From: a virus
Taxonomy: Duplodnaviria > Caudoviricetes
IMG/VR virus record: IMGVR_UViG_3300032295_002982
Span: 1 to 64,000 of that record
Length of the DNA: 64,000 nt
Strand: one strand, 5' to 3'
The position numbers were made by a program, and so were the translations under genes. Positions 51,770 to 63,400 of the stretch are shown here, piece by piece. Within the stretch, counting starts at the first letter, position 1, and each line of letters starts with the position of its first letter. The notes beneath the pieces were generated by a model, which ran no database searches, was not told the origin of the DNA, and saw nothing but the letters and a program-made list of their open reading frames with translations.

Positions 51770-53605
51770 TTAGTTTTTCAATGTGACAATCGCATTTACC
51801 ATGCCAAGCTCGGCAATGTTTTTATCTTCTAGGCAACGGCCAATCACGTTGAACGGTGTGATTTCTTCTCGCAATGCTACTCTAGCAATACCATCACCCG
51901 CACTGACCAGTCGATCACCCTTGCGAGCAGTGCCTATGACCTTGACTGGCACTCTGCCTGCCACAGCCACGGGAGGATGTGTATCATCCTCGCCTGCGCC
52001 GCCGTTCATGAGATATGCTGGTGCTGTTGAAATCACACCAAAAACATCATCACTGAGAGCTCCACGTGCTCGTGTAATCTCTCTGATGCCGCCCAGTTCA
52101 ACCACTGTGCCTGGCTCCAGGAATTCGTCTGCTGCAAAACGTTCTGCAACGTCAGAATACAGAGCTGATGTTGATGTTGCAAACACTCGGTTGAAGTAAC
52201 CAGTTGAACTTCCAATATTGCCCACAGCATTGCCTGCCAAGTTCTGAATAGCAATAGTTCCGCCGCCGCTGTTGACACCAACCACACCGCTCGTGGTCAA
52301 GCCTGAAGTTCCCACAACCACTACGTTGGCAGTTGCACCAACTGTCATGGCAATGTTACCACCAGAAGTGTTGATTTCAACGTTGCTGGTACCGTTGACA
52401 ATTTTGGTCACAGACACAGCGGCACTGAGTCCATCAAGCAAAGCTCCGTTGCCTAAAAAATATGATCCAGAAATGTTGCCCACGGCAGTGATATTGCCTG
52501 CTGCAGAAACAAGGCCGCCGGTACGTAGGTTTCCGCCAGTGATGTTGGCGGTGCTTTGAATTGCGCCTGTGGCTGTTATCAAACCAGCTGTGCTAATGTT
52601 ACCGCCCGTGATGTTACCAGTTACCGTAGCGAACCCACCTGTGATTAGGTTACCGCCTGTGACATTACCTGCTGCACTGAGAGTAGTGCCTACTGTGGCT
52701 GCGTTGGAAATAGCCAGTGTACCGTTGCTACCTAGAGCTCGGGCTACGTTGTAAGTTGTGCCACCTACATTGGTTGTAATCACCAGGTTACCTGTGCTGA
52801 TACCAGCAGCAATCACACCGTCGTTGCCAGTTTCAGAAATGATTACAGCATTTGCAGTGCCTACAAACAGTCCGTTGTCATTGTTGACCTGTAGTCTACC
52901 AGTGGTAGCTGTGTTGGCTGTTGCTCGCATGAAATCTGTTGAATCTAAATTGTCCAACAGATCAGAATTGGTTGCTGTACCACCAAACACCGGACTGCCT
53001 GAATTCCACAGAGTTATACCATTGTAAACTGCAGGAAAGGTTGTGTTGATGGGTGCAGCTGGAGTAAAAGTTGCATCTTTGCTGACAATGGCCACCCGAG
53101 TGTTGTTTACATACAGGCTGGTAATAAAGTGCGGACTCGCGCCACTGTCATTGATCGTTTCAGGAATGGCACCTGTGGTTCCCTGTGTGCTGGTAAATGC
53201 CGGGCCCACCACAATGAATGCACTACCATTGTAGATTTTCAACTGTTGATTTCCAGTGTCCCACCATAGGTCGCCAGTTTGTACAGAAATGGTTGGAGTA
53301 GTGCTACTAGCATTGGCTGTTGCCACCACTTTCCAGCCGCCCGTGGTATAAATTTTGAGTAGTGTATTGGTTTTGTCAAACCAAAGTTGTCCAATCAAGG
53401 GGCTGGCCAATTTGGCCACTGTGGGGTTGCCGCCCACGCTGTTGCTGGAAAAGTTCTCCAACATCTGAATGAAGTTTTCGTCTAGAAATTCTCCATACCC
53501 TGCGTAGTTTTTGCCCACCAGCGTCACGCTGCTAGAGGTGTTGACTGTACCGTCTGCTACTGTGGCAAACACGTTGCCATCGGTCAAGTTAATTGTATAT
53601 GCCAT
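51770..53605 (-). CDS. Tail fibre protein with C-terminal autocleavage chaperone-like (peptidase G2-type) domain
   Basis: N-terminal GKNYAGYGE..ENF, GNITGGN repeats, C-terminal YSDVAE.F..PGTVV..GRVPVKV.G...GD.LVS. Confidence 0.75.
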   Translation of the reverse strand: MAYTINLTDGNVFATVADGTVNTSSSVTLVGKNYAGYGEFLDENFIQMLENFSSNSVGGNPTVAKLASPLIGQLWFDKTNTLLKIYTTGGWKVVATANASSTTPTISVQTGDLWWDTGNQQLKIYNGSAFIVVGPAFTSTQGTTGAIPETINDSGASPHFITSLYVNNTRVAIVSKDATFTPAAPINTTFPAVYNGITLWNSGSPVFGGTATNSDLLDNLDSTDFMRATANTATTGRLQVNNDNGLFVGTANAVIISETGNDGVIAAGISTGNLVITTNVGGTTYNVARALGSNGTLAISNAATVGTTLSAAGNVTGGNLITGGFATVTGNITGGNISTAGLITATGAIQSTANITGGNLRTGGLVSAAGNITAVGNISGSYFLGNGALLDGLSAAVSVTKIVNGTSNVEINTSGGNIAMTVGATANVVVVGTSGLTTSGVVGVNSGGGTIAIQNLAGNAVGNIGSSTGYFNRVFATSTSALYSDVAERFAADEFLEPGTVVELGGIREITRARGALSDDVFGVISTAPAYLMNGGAGEDDTHPPVAVAGRVPVKVIGTARKGDRLVSAGDGIARVALREEITPFNVIGRCLEDKNIAELGMVNAIVTLKN

Positions 53606-53630
53606 GTCAGTTACCTGTTCCTGTTTCCAA

Positions 53631-53638
53631 TATTTATA
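53631..53638 (-). promoter_or_regulatory. T4-type late promoter of the tail fibre gene
   Basis: Minus strand TATAAATA, 26 nt upstream of ATG; GATAAATA also at 54393-54400. Confidence 0.7.
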
Positions 53639-54239
53639 CTGCGTTAATGTTGCTCAACGTTTGAATACGCAGTGTGTAATCAATTTGAATCTGGCGATTC
53701 AAGCTCTTTTGTACTGGGTGAAATATCACATGAGTAATCAAACGCAGATTGTCAGCTGCGCCGTTCCAGACCTTGAGTCCCAGTTCATCAAACACATATT
53801 CACCGTTGAAATTGGTTGAATTGTCAAATGCCTGCTGCTGCGGTGGCTCACCGTAGTCCAACAAGCAACTTACCAAAATATCACTGTAAAAGTTACCAGA
53901 TGTGTGCAGCACTGTCATCTTGTTGTTCTGCGGATCCTGATTGGCAGCAGATCTATCATCCACAACTTTTTGATAGGTTTGATTGTATAGATCAGCATTT
54001 TGTCCTGTAGTGTTGGGCGGCAAATAGGTAATCACGCCCGTGGCATCAACAGAGCTACCGCCGTTGCCAAATGCCATTTCATAGATATACCCAATGTTTC
54101 TGTTGCTGAGAGTCTGGGCCATTGCAATGCTGATGTTTTCATAGTTGATAGCATTGCGCTTGTCTACAAAAACTGTGCCGTCAACGGGATCAAAGATCTT
54201 TACGAATCCCTCCATTTTTACGATGCCGGGTGTAATCAT
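53634..54239 (-). CDS. Putative baseplate/tail-collar structural protein
   Basis: MAFGNGG, FDELGL, THVIFHPVQKS..R.IQIDYT. Confidence 0.6.
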   Translation of the reverse strand: MITPGIVKMEGFVKIFDPVDGTVFVDKRNAINYENISIAMAQTLSNRNIGYIYEMAFGNGGSSVDATGVITYLPPNTTGQNADLYNQTYQKVVDDRSAANQDPQNNKMTVLHTSGNFYSDILVSCLLDYGEPPQQQAFDNSTNFNGEYVFDELGLKVWNGAADNLRLITHVIFHPVQKSLNRQIQIDYTLRIQTLSNINAV

Positions 54240-54385
54240 CCTCGCTTCTCCACAATGGTTTTTTTGGTATTGGGATCAAATATGCGCAGATGAGCTTGCA
54301 CATTGATGCTGCCGGTTTCGTTGGGTCGACGCTGTACATCGCTGGGGCGCAGTTGTTTGTCGTTTGGTAACTGTGTATTTGACAT
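54236..54385 (-). CDS. Small protein (49 aa, MSNTQLPNDKQLRPSDVQRRPNETGSINVQAHLRIFDPNTKKTIVEKRG)
   Basis: Hand-translated; TGA/ATG coupling; IFDP motif shared with the downstream protein N-terminus. Confidence 0.65.
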   Translation of the reverse strand: MSNTQLPNDKQLRPSDVQRRPNETGSINVQAHLRIFDPNTKKTIVEKRG

Positions 54386-54405
54386 GATAATCTATTTATC
54401 TTGTT

Positions 54406-57400
54406 TTAAAGCCCCCGCAAGAACCTTGCTGCCAGGGTATTGGTGTCTTGCAGTGCTACACCATCGCTGGGTGTACCATCGCCCGGAGCATACCAGGTTA
54501 CCCCACGACGCACCAATATTGTAACCTCAACACCAGCTGCTGGGGCTCTTAGTTCAGGGTAAGCTGCTTGATCAATAACAAATTCCACAGCCACTGGATT
54601 GAAATCGGTCACAAACCAACGATATTCGCTCTGAGCTGTTGTGTCACTGTAGGCATATTGTCTCACGCCACCAACATATACTTCAACAGCTTCTGCTGCC
54701 ACAGTGCTGCTGTCACCGATGTTTTCTATGTCAATACTGGGAGCATAGAACAATGCCGTTGATCCATCACCCAAGGTACTGTCGCTCACGATGTAGTCTT
54801 GATACTCAGGGAACAGCAGATTACCACGTCCAAGATCATACACAGCAGTACCAGCAGCATGATCTGCAGCTCCAGTACCTGCAGTACCACGCAATAAACT
54901 TGACAAGCTGTTGGTTGCTAGGTCACGTATGCGATACATGATACGTTCGCCACCAATGGTTACTACCCCAAAGATTCCGTTCTCTAGATTGGGTTCAGTC
55001 AAGACCGAAGCATCAGTTACAAAAATCTCTGTGTCTGTTTGCAAGCAAGCTTGTGCCACAGTTGTGGTGGTTGCCGCAGTGATTCTATAGGTTGTCTGTA
55101 CTCCACGCATGTCTTGGAAGATACGGAATGCCATGCTTTCTGGTACCACACTGTTGGTGAACTGAGTAACCACTACCACCTGAGCTGCACCAATTGCACC
55201 AGTTGGTAATATCAATTGGCCGTTTTCTACGCTGTAGTCTTCACCTTCAAACAGTCGCTCACCGTCAAGTGTTACCCATAGTCTACCCGGATCTATCACC
55301 CCACGACTGTTTTCTGGATCCAGTATGAAATCATTGGTGGGAAGTCCGATACCAATAGAATAGTCATAAGATCCCGGGGTGCCATTTGCTGTAGCACTGT
55401 CAAAAGGCGTGCTGTCAAACGGTTCATCAATGGTGATACCAGTTGTGACCGGTCCCTTGAAAATCTGTGTAACAATGTTTTGTTGTTGCGTGTCGTTCCA
55501 AGTTATGATTTGGAATTCATCACCTAGATTTATTGGAGCCACAATTTCCAGTTGATTGCCAAATACTACATAATCAGCCTGTGTGCTCACTGCTATCAAT
55601 ACTCTTGCACCTGCAGGAGGAGGCTCAAAGAATTGAACCTGACGTCCAGGAACCTCGCTGCCGCCCCAGGGAGTAACTAGATAGTCACCAGATTCTGGAC
55701 CAGCTTCGGTTTGGATCTGCGGAATACCATTGACATATACAGTGACATCATTGCCGCTGTTGATGATCTCTTGGCTGTAGCCGCTGCGTTGAGGAAGTCC
55801 AAACTGTACACTGCTGTCATCTCCTATCCATTCAATACCAGCAGCAGGTTGCAGTCGCAGACCATTCTGAATCACAATCATGTTGACAGGATTGGTTCCG
55901 CCTGCAAAGTTATCAAGATCTATGAGTTTGGTATCAACATTGGTTTGTGTGGCCACACGTTGTTGAACCACTGGTGTGCTCCAACTGTATTGCACCGGTG
56001 TTGTTGGTCCAAGCACAGCTAGGGCCACACTGTGACCAGTTGGGAACACCTGGTTGAATTCAACCAGAGTCAACAGTGTGGGTGCGAATTCAATCCAATA
56101 CAGTGTGTTGTTGATATCAATACCAACAGGAACGTCTTGAATAGCACGATAATAGTGTGTGACACTGGTCACAATGTTGTTGACAACATCATTCTGCAGG
56201 TATGAGCCAGTGATTGTCCAGGCAGTGCTGTCAATGTAGGGACTGTAGGTTATGCCCGCAATAGGAATGGCATCATTGAAGGCTGCTATCTCAAATATTT
56301 CAGCTTCATTCACTGGAATGATCACCTGCGCACCACCGGCTTGATTGATGTCATCGCTGATGTAATTTGCTCGATACAGTTGACTGCCGCCGCCTAGTTC
56401 GTAAACAGTGATATTGATGATGTCGCCCACACTGACTCGGAACGAGCTGGGCTCAATTGTGATGTCCTGTGCCACCCAGTCAATGGTGTAGTCAACACCA
56501 AGATAAAGTTCAAGTCCGGTTGTGGCATTGGCCACCAAGATTTGGAAATAGTTTTCTACCAGGCCTGCCCAACTATATGTGGCAAGCACAGCCGGATCAT
56601 AGGTGTATCTAATGGCTCGCAACTGGAAGCCGTGGCCGTCAAAATTCCAGTCGCTGCCCGGACGAGTGATGACTCTGAAGTCCAAGGTATCAAATTCGCT
56701 GCCATTGACTAGTTCTTCAGGTGCATGGCCTTCGTAGGGACCAATGAATTCACCGCCATCAACATTGATTGAGCTAAACCCAAGACCCAGTGTGGTGTCT
56801 GTGAATTCGCTGCGATACTCTGCATCAATTAGAGCAGGATCACCCAAGAAACCTAGGCCATAGACCTGGACCCCTGGGTAGTCAACACCATCTATCAACA
56901 ACGGCAATTCAAGGCCGGGTTGATTTACTGAAGGCACATACAGTCCCATGGTACGGTCAACTCCACTCAAACCAGTGGCCACGTTAGAGCCAGGGTAGGT
57001 GTATGTTGCAGCGTCAACCAAGGTCCAATTGGCCAAGTCAAAATCTGGACCCACCACTGCCGAGCTGTCTACACTTGTGGCTTCGTAGACTTCGTTATTG
57101 TAGCGCACCAGTTGGCCGTTTTGGTAGGTGCCATTGGCACTCCAGGGTACAACACTGGGCACATATTGATTTCGGTCAAATCTAATTGTGGTGCGGAAAA
57201 TTCTTGGAGCAAAGTATGTGTTGATAGTCAGGGGCACCGAAGATTCACTGAAATTCTGACCTGCTGCACTGCCTGTCATTATAGCATAGGCTCTTGCACC
57301 TGTGCCGTTACCGCCTACAAACACAATTTCTGGTGTGGCTGAATAACCCACACCCTTGGTTGTGATAGTGATGCTGACTACGTGTCCTAAAGAGTTCACT

Positions 57401-60400
57401 GTACAAGTTGCCGTGGCTGGGATCACAGCATTGCCTACTATCTCAATTGTGGGTGCTTCGTTGTATCCGTCGCCGCCATCAACAATTTCAATTTCATCAA
57501 GATTCAACAAATAGTTTTGATACCATGAACTGTAGGGCCATGTCTGCCACACAGTGCTGTTGGCCGGCGTGTCACTCTGCAGAGTCAATGCCGAGTTAAA
57601 TGCAGTGCTTTGAGCATAGGGCAACAGTATGGGGCTGGTGAATTCTGGGATCTCCAGTGAAGTATTAAAATATGCTGGCAAATCAAAATCTGAAAGATCG
57701 CCCAAGAAATCGTCAACACCCTGATATTTGAGATTGAACTCACGAATCTGCACATGATAAGGCTTGACTTCTTGAATATACTGTTCAACAAACTCCTGGT
57801 TGTCACGAATGTAATTCTGGAACGGTACAAGATCACGCAAGCGGTGATCTACATCTATCAAGCTGGTTTTTACCAACCACTCTGGTGCACCAAATTCGCT
57901 CAACACAAAGTTGAACACCAAGATCAACAAGCGATTGCGTTCAATGGCCAAGTCATCTACAAACAGTTCTTGATTGATACCCTGAATGATTTTTCTAGTT
58001 TCAATCACAGGTTCTTGATCAAAATACTGTGCATCAAAAACTTCAATGTCCCAACCAAATCTTCCAAGTTCATAGTCCCAGAGCTCGGCCTTGAATTCTA
58101 TAGTGCCGTCTTGCAAGCCCACTCTGGTCCAGCCCAAATCACGCAGTTGATAAATTTCAAATTTGCCTTGAGAATTAGCTGTGAGTTTGACGCTACTGCC
58201 CACGGGAAGATCCAGAGACTCAAGGTCACTCACGTTGGTGATTTCTGCCACAATTTGTTGACTGGAGTTGTAGCCTGGCAGGTACCAATCAATGTATTGC
58301 CAGTAGTCTGGTGTTACAAAATTTTGCACTCTGTAAAGCACCAGCAATCGCACTGCTGGATCAATTTCACTGGTCTGTACTTGATAAATGGTCCATCTAC
58401 CACCGTTGTTGCTGTCGCTTTCTACTAGGTAACGATAGCCCAGTGGCACTGCGTCAATATTCTGGAAACCAAGAATTTCAAGATTTGCTACTTCAAGATT
58501 CCAAAGCCCGCTGTTGGCTGATGGTATTGGTTCGCTGCTCAACAGCAGATTTAGAGTTCGGTTCTCAACTATGGGATATAGTTTCACAACAGAATTCACT
58601 CGTGACAGATAATTGCGTAGTGCTTCAAATCTGTCAACAAACATGCTCTGTCTTGGTCTAAACTGAATACCATATCTTTCAGCTGGGCCTAGATTGGGAT
58701 CAGGCACAAGGTTGCCAACAGTGTCAACACCGCAGAAACTGTCTTGCATCTTGCGATAAATCTGATCACTCACAAATCCATCAGCACGATCCTGTGGCAC
58801 AAGATCATATTCCACATGCACATTGTCAGATGTCAATTCACGATCATACTCAATGTGCAGTATGGTATCCTGTGCTTCAATTAGATCCAGACAGTTGTAA
58901 AGAGACACAGTGCTGCTGTTGAGGGCTGCAAGATACGCTATGCCGCTGGCCTTGGGTTCTAGAATATAATTTGCCACAGTGGAAGCTGGCAAAGTTTTTC
59001 CAAGATTGGTGGCAGTCACTGTTATGCCCTGCACCCAGAAATAGTATTCAGTTTCAATCAAGCCTGACAGCGACAAACGAGTGTTCACGCTGTAATTGTT
59101 GACATTTCTTGGTGTGCCTTCGCCTGCATAATTGGCAGGAGCCACATCACTCTTGACCCATTGGTAAATTGATATTGTGCTGCCTGGAAACACCTGACTC
59201 CAGCGTCGGCTGGCATAGATCAAACTGTCTTGATTGGGATCAATGAATCTCACTGTGGCAGTGTCCCACCAGATTTCGCCCACATGCGAGGCTCCCCAGG
59301 TGGCTCCTGTGTTGTTAAGCACTCCGGCATTGTAGGCCGCAGGATCAACTGCTCCTATGTAGTCTATGTTTTGTCTTGCAGCTCCTAGAATCTTGCCCTG
59401 CAGTGGATCAATAAAATCCAAAAATTCTGTAGTGGCGCTGGTGATTCTGTCGTAGAGGAAAACACTGTTCAACAGTCGCACGTCAACCACTGGTTGCTCT
59501 AGCTTGATAATTTGCCAGGCTGGTGTGTTGTTTGGGTTAACAAACACAGAGACTGAGCCGTATTCTGAACTGCTGCTGTCGCCAAGATCGCTGGCCGGTG
59601 CGCCTACTGTCAGCACGCCAGATGTATAGTTGACACTGTATCCAAACAGATCAAATTCGTTGATCTCGTTGTCGCCCAGCTGTTGACCAAACACAAAATT
59701 GCCAGGATTCAACACGCTGGGGCTGGCACTGGGCAGGAAATCAAATGTGTAAACTGCTCCGCTTTGAACTAGCACACTGAAAAACACCGTGCTGCCCACA
59801 TCAAAAATAGTGGTTCCGTCGTCAAATATCTGCACCAGATACAAGGTGCCACGTGGTGCACCAACCACAAGATTTTCAGCTCCGGTGTCAATGCTGAGAC
59901 TGCTGCCAAAGTTGGCAAATTCCACCGGGTATGGACTTACGATGTTTTGCACCCAAACATAGGTGTCAAAGCCAATGTCGTCAAACGCAGTGCCAACACT
60001 GCCTGGTGCCACATTGACTTTGTTGAAAGGATCTGCTGCTGCATTGTTTGTGACTGTGAGTGTCATCAATCCAGTGGAAGCACTGACCGTGGCAGTGACG
60101 TTGGGCACTGTGCTGTTTATAGCAGCGGCCAAGCCGGCCAAAGATTGATCAGGTTGTACTGGCACATCAATGTTGTTGACACGTAGAGTGTGACCATTTG
60201 TGAGTGTAGGTGCAGGGTTAAGACTGGTTATGGTGCCATAGAGTCTTGACTGGTTTACACTGCGCTCAACAATGCCACCTTTGTAAATCTGCACACTGCT
60301 GTTGGGTTCGCCCACATACAAGCTGCAATTGTTTTCACACAAATCAACTGCTGATCCAAAATTGGAGAATTCTGCCACTGTCTGTTGGTGCAACTGATCC

Positions 60401-63400
60401 AACAGAGTAAAATTGTTGGTTTCAATCAAGATTTCGTCACCAACGTTGACAGGTCCGTTCAAGGTGAAACCATTTGATCCATCCCAGCTGAATGTATGGA
60501 CACCACCTATCACGCTGTCTGCTTCGTTGATCCAGCGTTCATTGTTGACAGTGACACCCACTGGAGCCACTGCTGCAGGGCCCAAAACTGTGAATGTTGG
60601 GTTGACAGCATCAGCGTTGACAATAAAGCGCTGAACATTGCGATCAAACACATACACTGTGCCAGCCTCAACTGCGCTGTACACTGTAGAGTCAGGCGAT
60701 CCGCACAATATTTGAGTGCCGTCGGTGCTGGTAGACACGCTGGAGCCCATGCGGTCACTGGGTGTAAGTCCCGCTACCTGTAATGAAGAAACATATCTAA
60801 AATAGCTTTCGGCTCGAACAATTATTTCTGAGCCTGCTGATGGTATAGTGGTGAATGTTAGATCTAGAGTGCCAGTATTGAAAGAATAATCAATGTTGGG
60901 TCGCAGTAGCACTTCTTCGTAAAACACACTGAAACTGTCAATATTGGTTGCTGTGAAGAAATAGGTTCCAAGATTGAACACTGTCTGCAGAGCCGGCGGT
61001 GTGTAAGCAATTGTAAAAGTTTGCAGTTCACCAGTGCCACTGACACCGGTAACTGTGAGAGTGATGTCATTGACTCCGCTGACACCACCGTCAAATGCTG
61101 TTGCATCAATGGTTATGGTGTTGCTGACTGCATAGCCTGATCCGCCACCGTTTACACCAACAAAACCGCTGTCAGCCCCTGGCTGTCCAACTTGGCCGCG
61201 CACTCGCTCAATTGTGAACACAGCACCGGCGCCGCCGCCCGAAGTGGCAGACTGAGTGACTCCGTAGTAGATACCGTAATCCAGCTGTTGCTGATTGATA
61301 CGTTGTATGCGAATGTCTACTCCAATAGCCGGAGCAGTAACAAAAGTCACATTCTCAAATGTGCCGTCCACAGTGTAGTCTGTGGTCAAGAATTGCACAG
61401 TACCATCAAGCGTTACCACAATCTGTGTGTCTTGATCAATTTGAATTTCGTCAGCAATATAAAAAGTGTCTGTGAAGCCGTCACCTGTGGCTATGACAAA
61501 CTGATGTTCCCAATCCACTCGCCCATAGGCATGTACATTGCTGATGCCAGGAGCTCCAATGTACATCCAACGTTCGTCAGTGCTCATGGTCACGCTGTAG
61601 CCAAACTCACCTGCGCCCGGAGTTGTACTGGGTGTTGTGCCAGGCTGTGTCAACAATTGCCATTGAGCAAAGGGCACAATGCCTGGTTCACCAAGACCCG
61701 GATCTCTATAAATTACAGCAGCGTATCCGTTGTCTGCTTGAGATGCAGGGCCAAGACTGCGACTGGCGCCGGCCACGGCCCAGGTTTGATTGCCAAAATC
61801 CACTGCGTTTCCATAACCTTGCACGCCGGCAACATCCAGCGTCAACACAGCATTTACACTGTTGGGCAACGGAGTCACAGGAGTGTACTGATCACTATCG
61901 CTCTTGACATACACATATACGCCACCGTGTTGCACAGCACTTCTAGTATAAAACGGCGCACCAACCAAGAGCGCAGTGCGGTTCTGTGCCTGTGTCACAC
62001 TGTGACCGTAGTTCTCATTCTGGAACGTGGTCATGGGATCAGGGTTCAACACAGTGATAGCACTGAATGGATTTTGCTTTTCAAACACAGCCCAATGACC
62101 AGTGCCGTCATCATCGGCCCAGACTCTGGCCCCAGGCTGAATTTCATTGGCATAAGGCAGATTCAACACATCGCTGGCCTGTGCCACACGCTGAGTCTGC
62201 AGTGTGAAACCAATACCGTCGCCGTCGGCCACGGTGCGATCACCCAGAAACTGAAACTCAATGTTCACTGTGGTCAAGTTCAACACAGACACCACGGTGT
62301 ATACGCCATCAACTTCGGTGTCAAACTGTTTGATTATGAGTTTTTGACCTTGACTGAGATCGTGTTGACCTGAAAACACCACACGACTTGTGGTATCCAA
62401 GTTATCACACACATGAACAATGGTGCCCGGTACAGGTTGCGCACGATAGATGTTCCAATCATATTGGTTGATCTTGGCCACCCAGATACTGGTGCCTACC
62501 TCAATGTTGTCAAGGTTGGCTGCAAATTCGTCGTTGTCTTCGATATCAAAGATTGTGATATCAGCATCGTCTAGGCTGACATAGCCAGCATTGGGCAATC
62601 CAATGTCTGTGGGCAGTTCTGTAGTGACTGGCAAAAATGCCGGTGATGTCAACTTGTAGCTCTGACGCCACACCGCTCCCAGCTGAATGTTTTGGTCAGC
62701 TTCGCTGGTTTCCTGTGGTGTGGTAACTTTTACAATGCTGGGATTACTGTTGAGTAAACCACGATTCAGTCGCAATTCAACAAAGCTTCGATTGGCATTT
62801 GCACCGTACACTGCACGTTGCACTGCCCAGTTTTCATAGATGTCGTAGTCAGCAGTTTCTTTGCTGAAGTTTGCGCCTTTGAATAGTTCGGCTGCCAACA
62901 CTGTGCCTTTGCTGCCCAAGAACTGTCGATAAACATTGATCTGACTAACATCATCAAGATTCAGCGCTGCCATGTACTGCCGCGGACGATAACCAATCAA
63001 GCCGTAAGACAACAAATCATTGTCTGTTTCAATGTTGGCAGAATTGATGTTGTAGCTGTTGGCCAATTGATCAGCTTTGTTGGCAATGTTTGGTAACAGT
63101 CCCAGCTGTATCTGTTCATAGTCACTTTGCACCCAGTCATTGAAGTTGAAACTGGTACTAGGCTGCACAATAGTCAGTGCGCTCCAAAAAACATTTTTGT
63201 AGCGAACAATTTCGCCCTTGGTATAAGTTCTAAGTCCGGTCCATTCTTCTACGTTGTTTTGATTGAGAATAAATCCTGGCGCATTCACAGTACCATTCCA
63301 ATCAACACTGTTGACCGCAATTAGATTCAATCTACTTTGACGATCGCCTGTGGTAGGGTCATAAATTAGGTCACCAAACACGCTTTGATTGCTGAGCACA

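Noticed and set aside
16118-63324. Long antisense or alternate-frame ORFs (e.g. 16118-16624, 17622-18218, 24350-25058, 57754-58428, 61192-62373)
   Set aside because: They shadow well-supported genes and have no motifs or translation signals.
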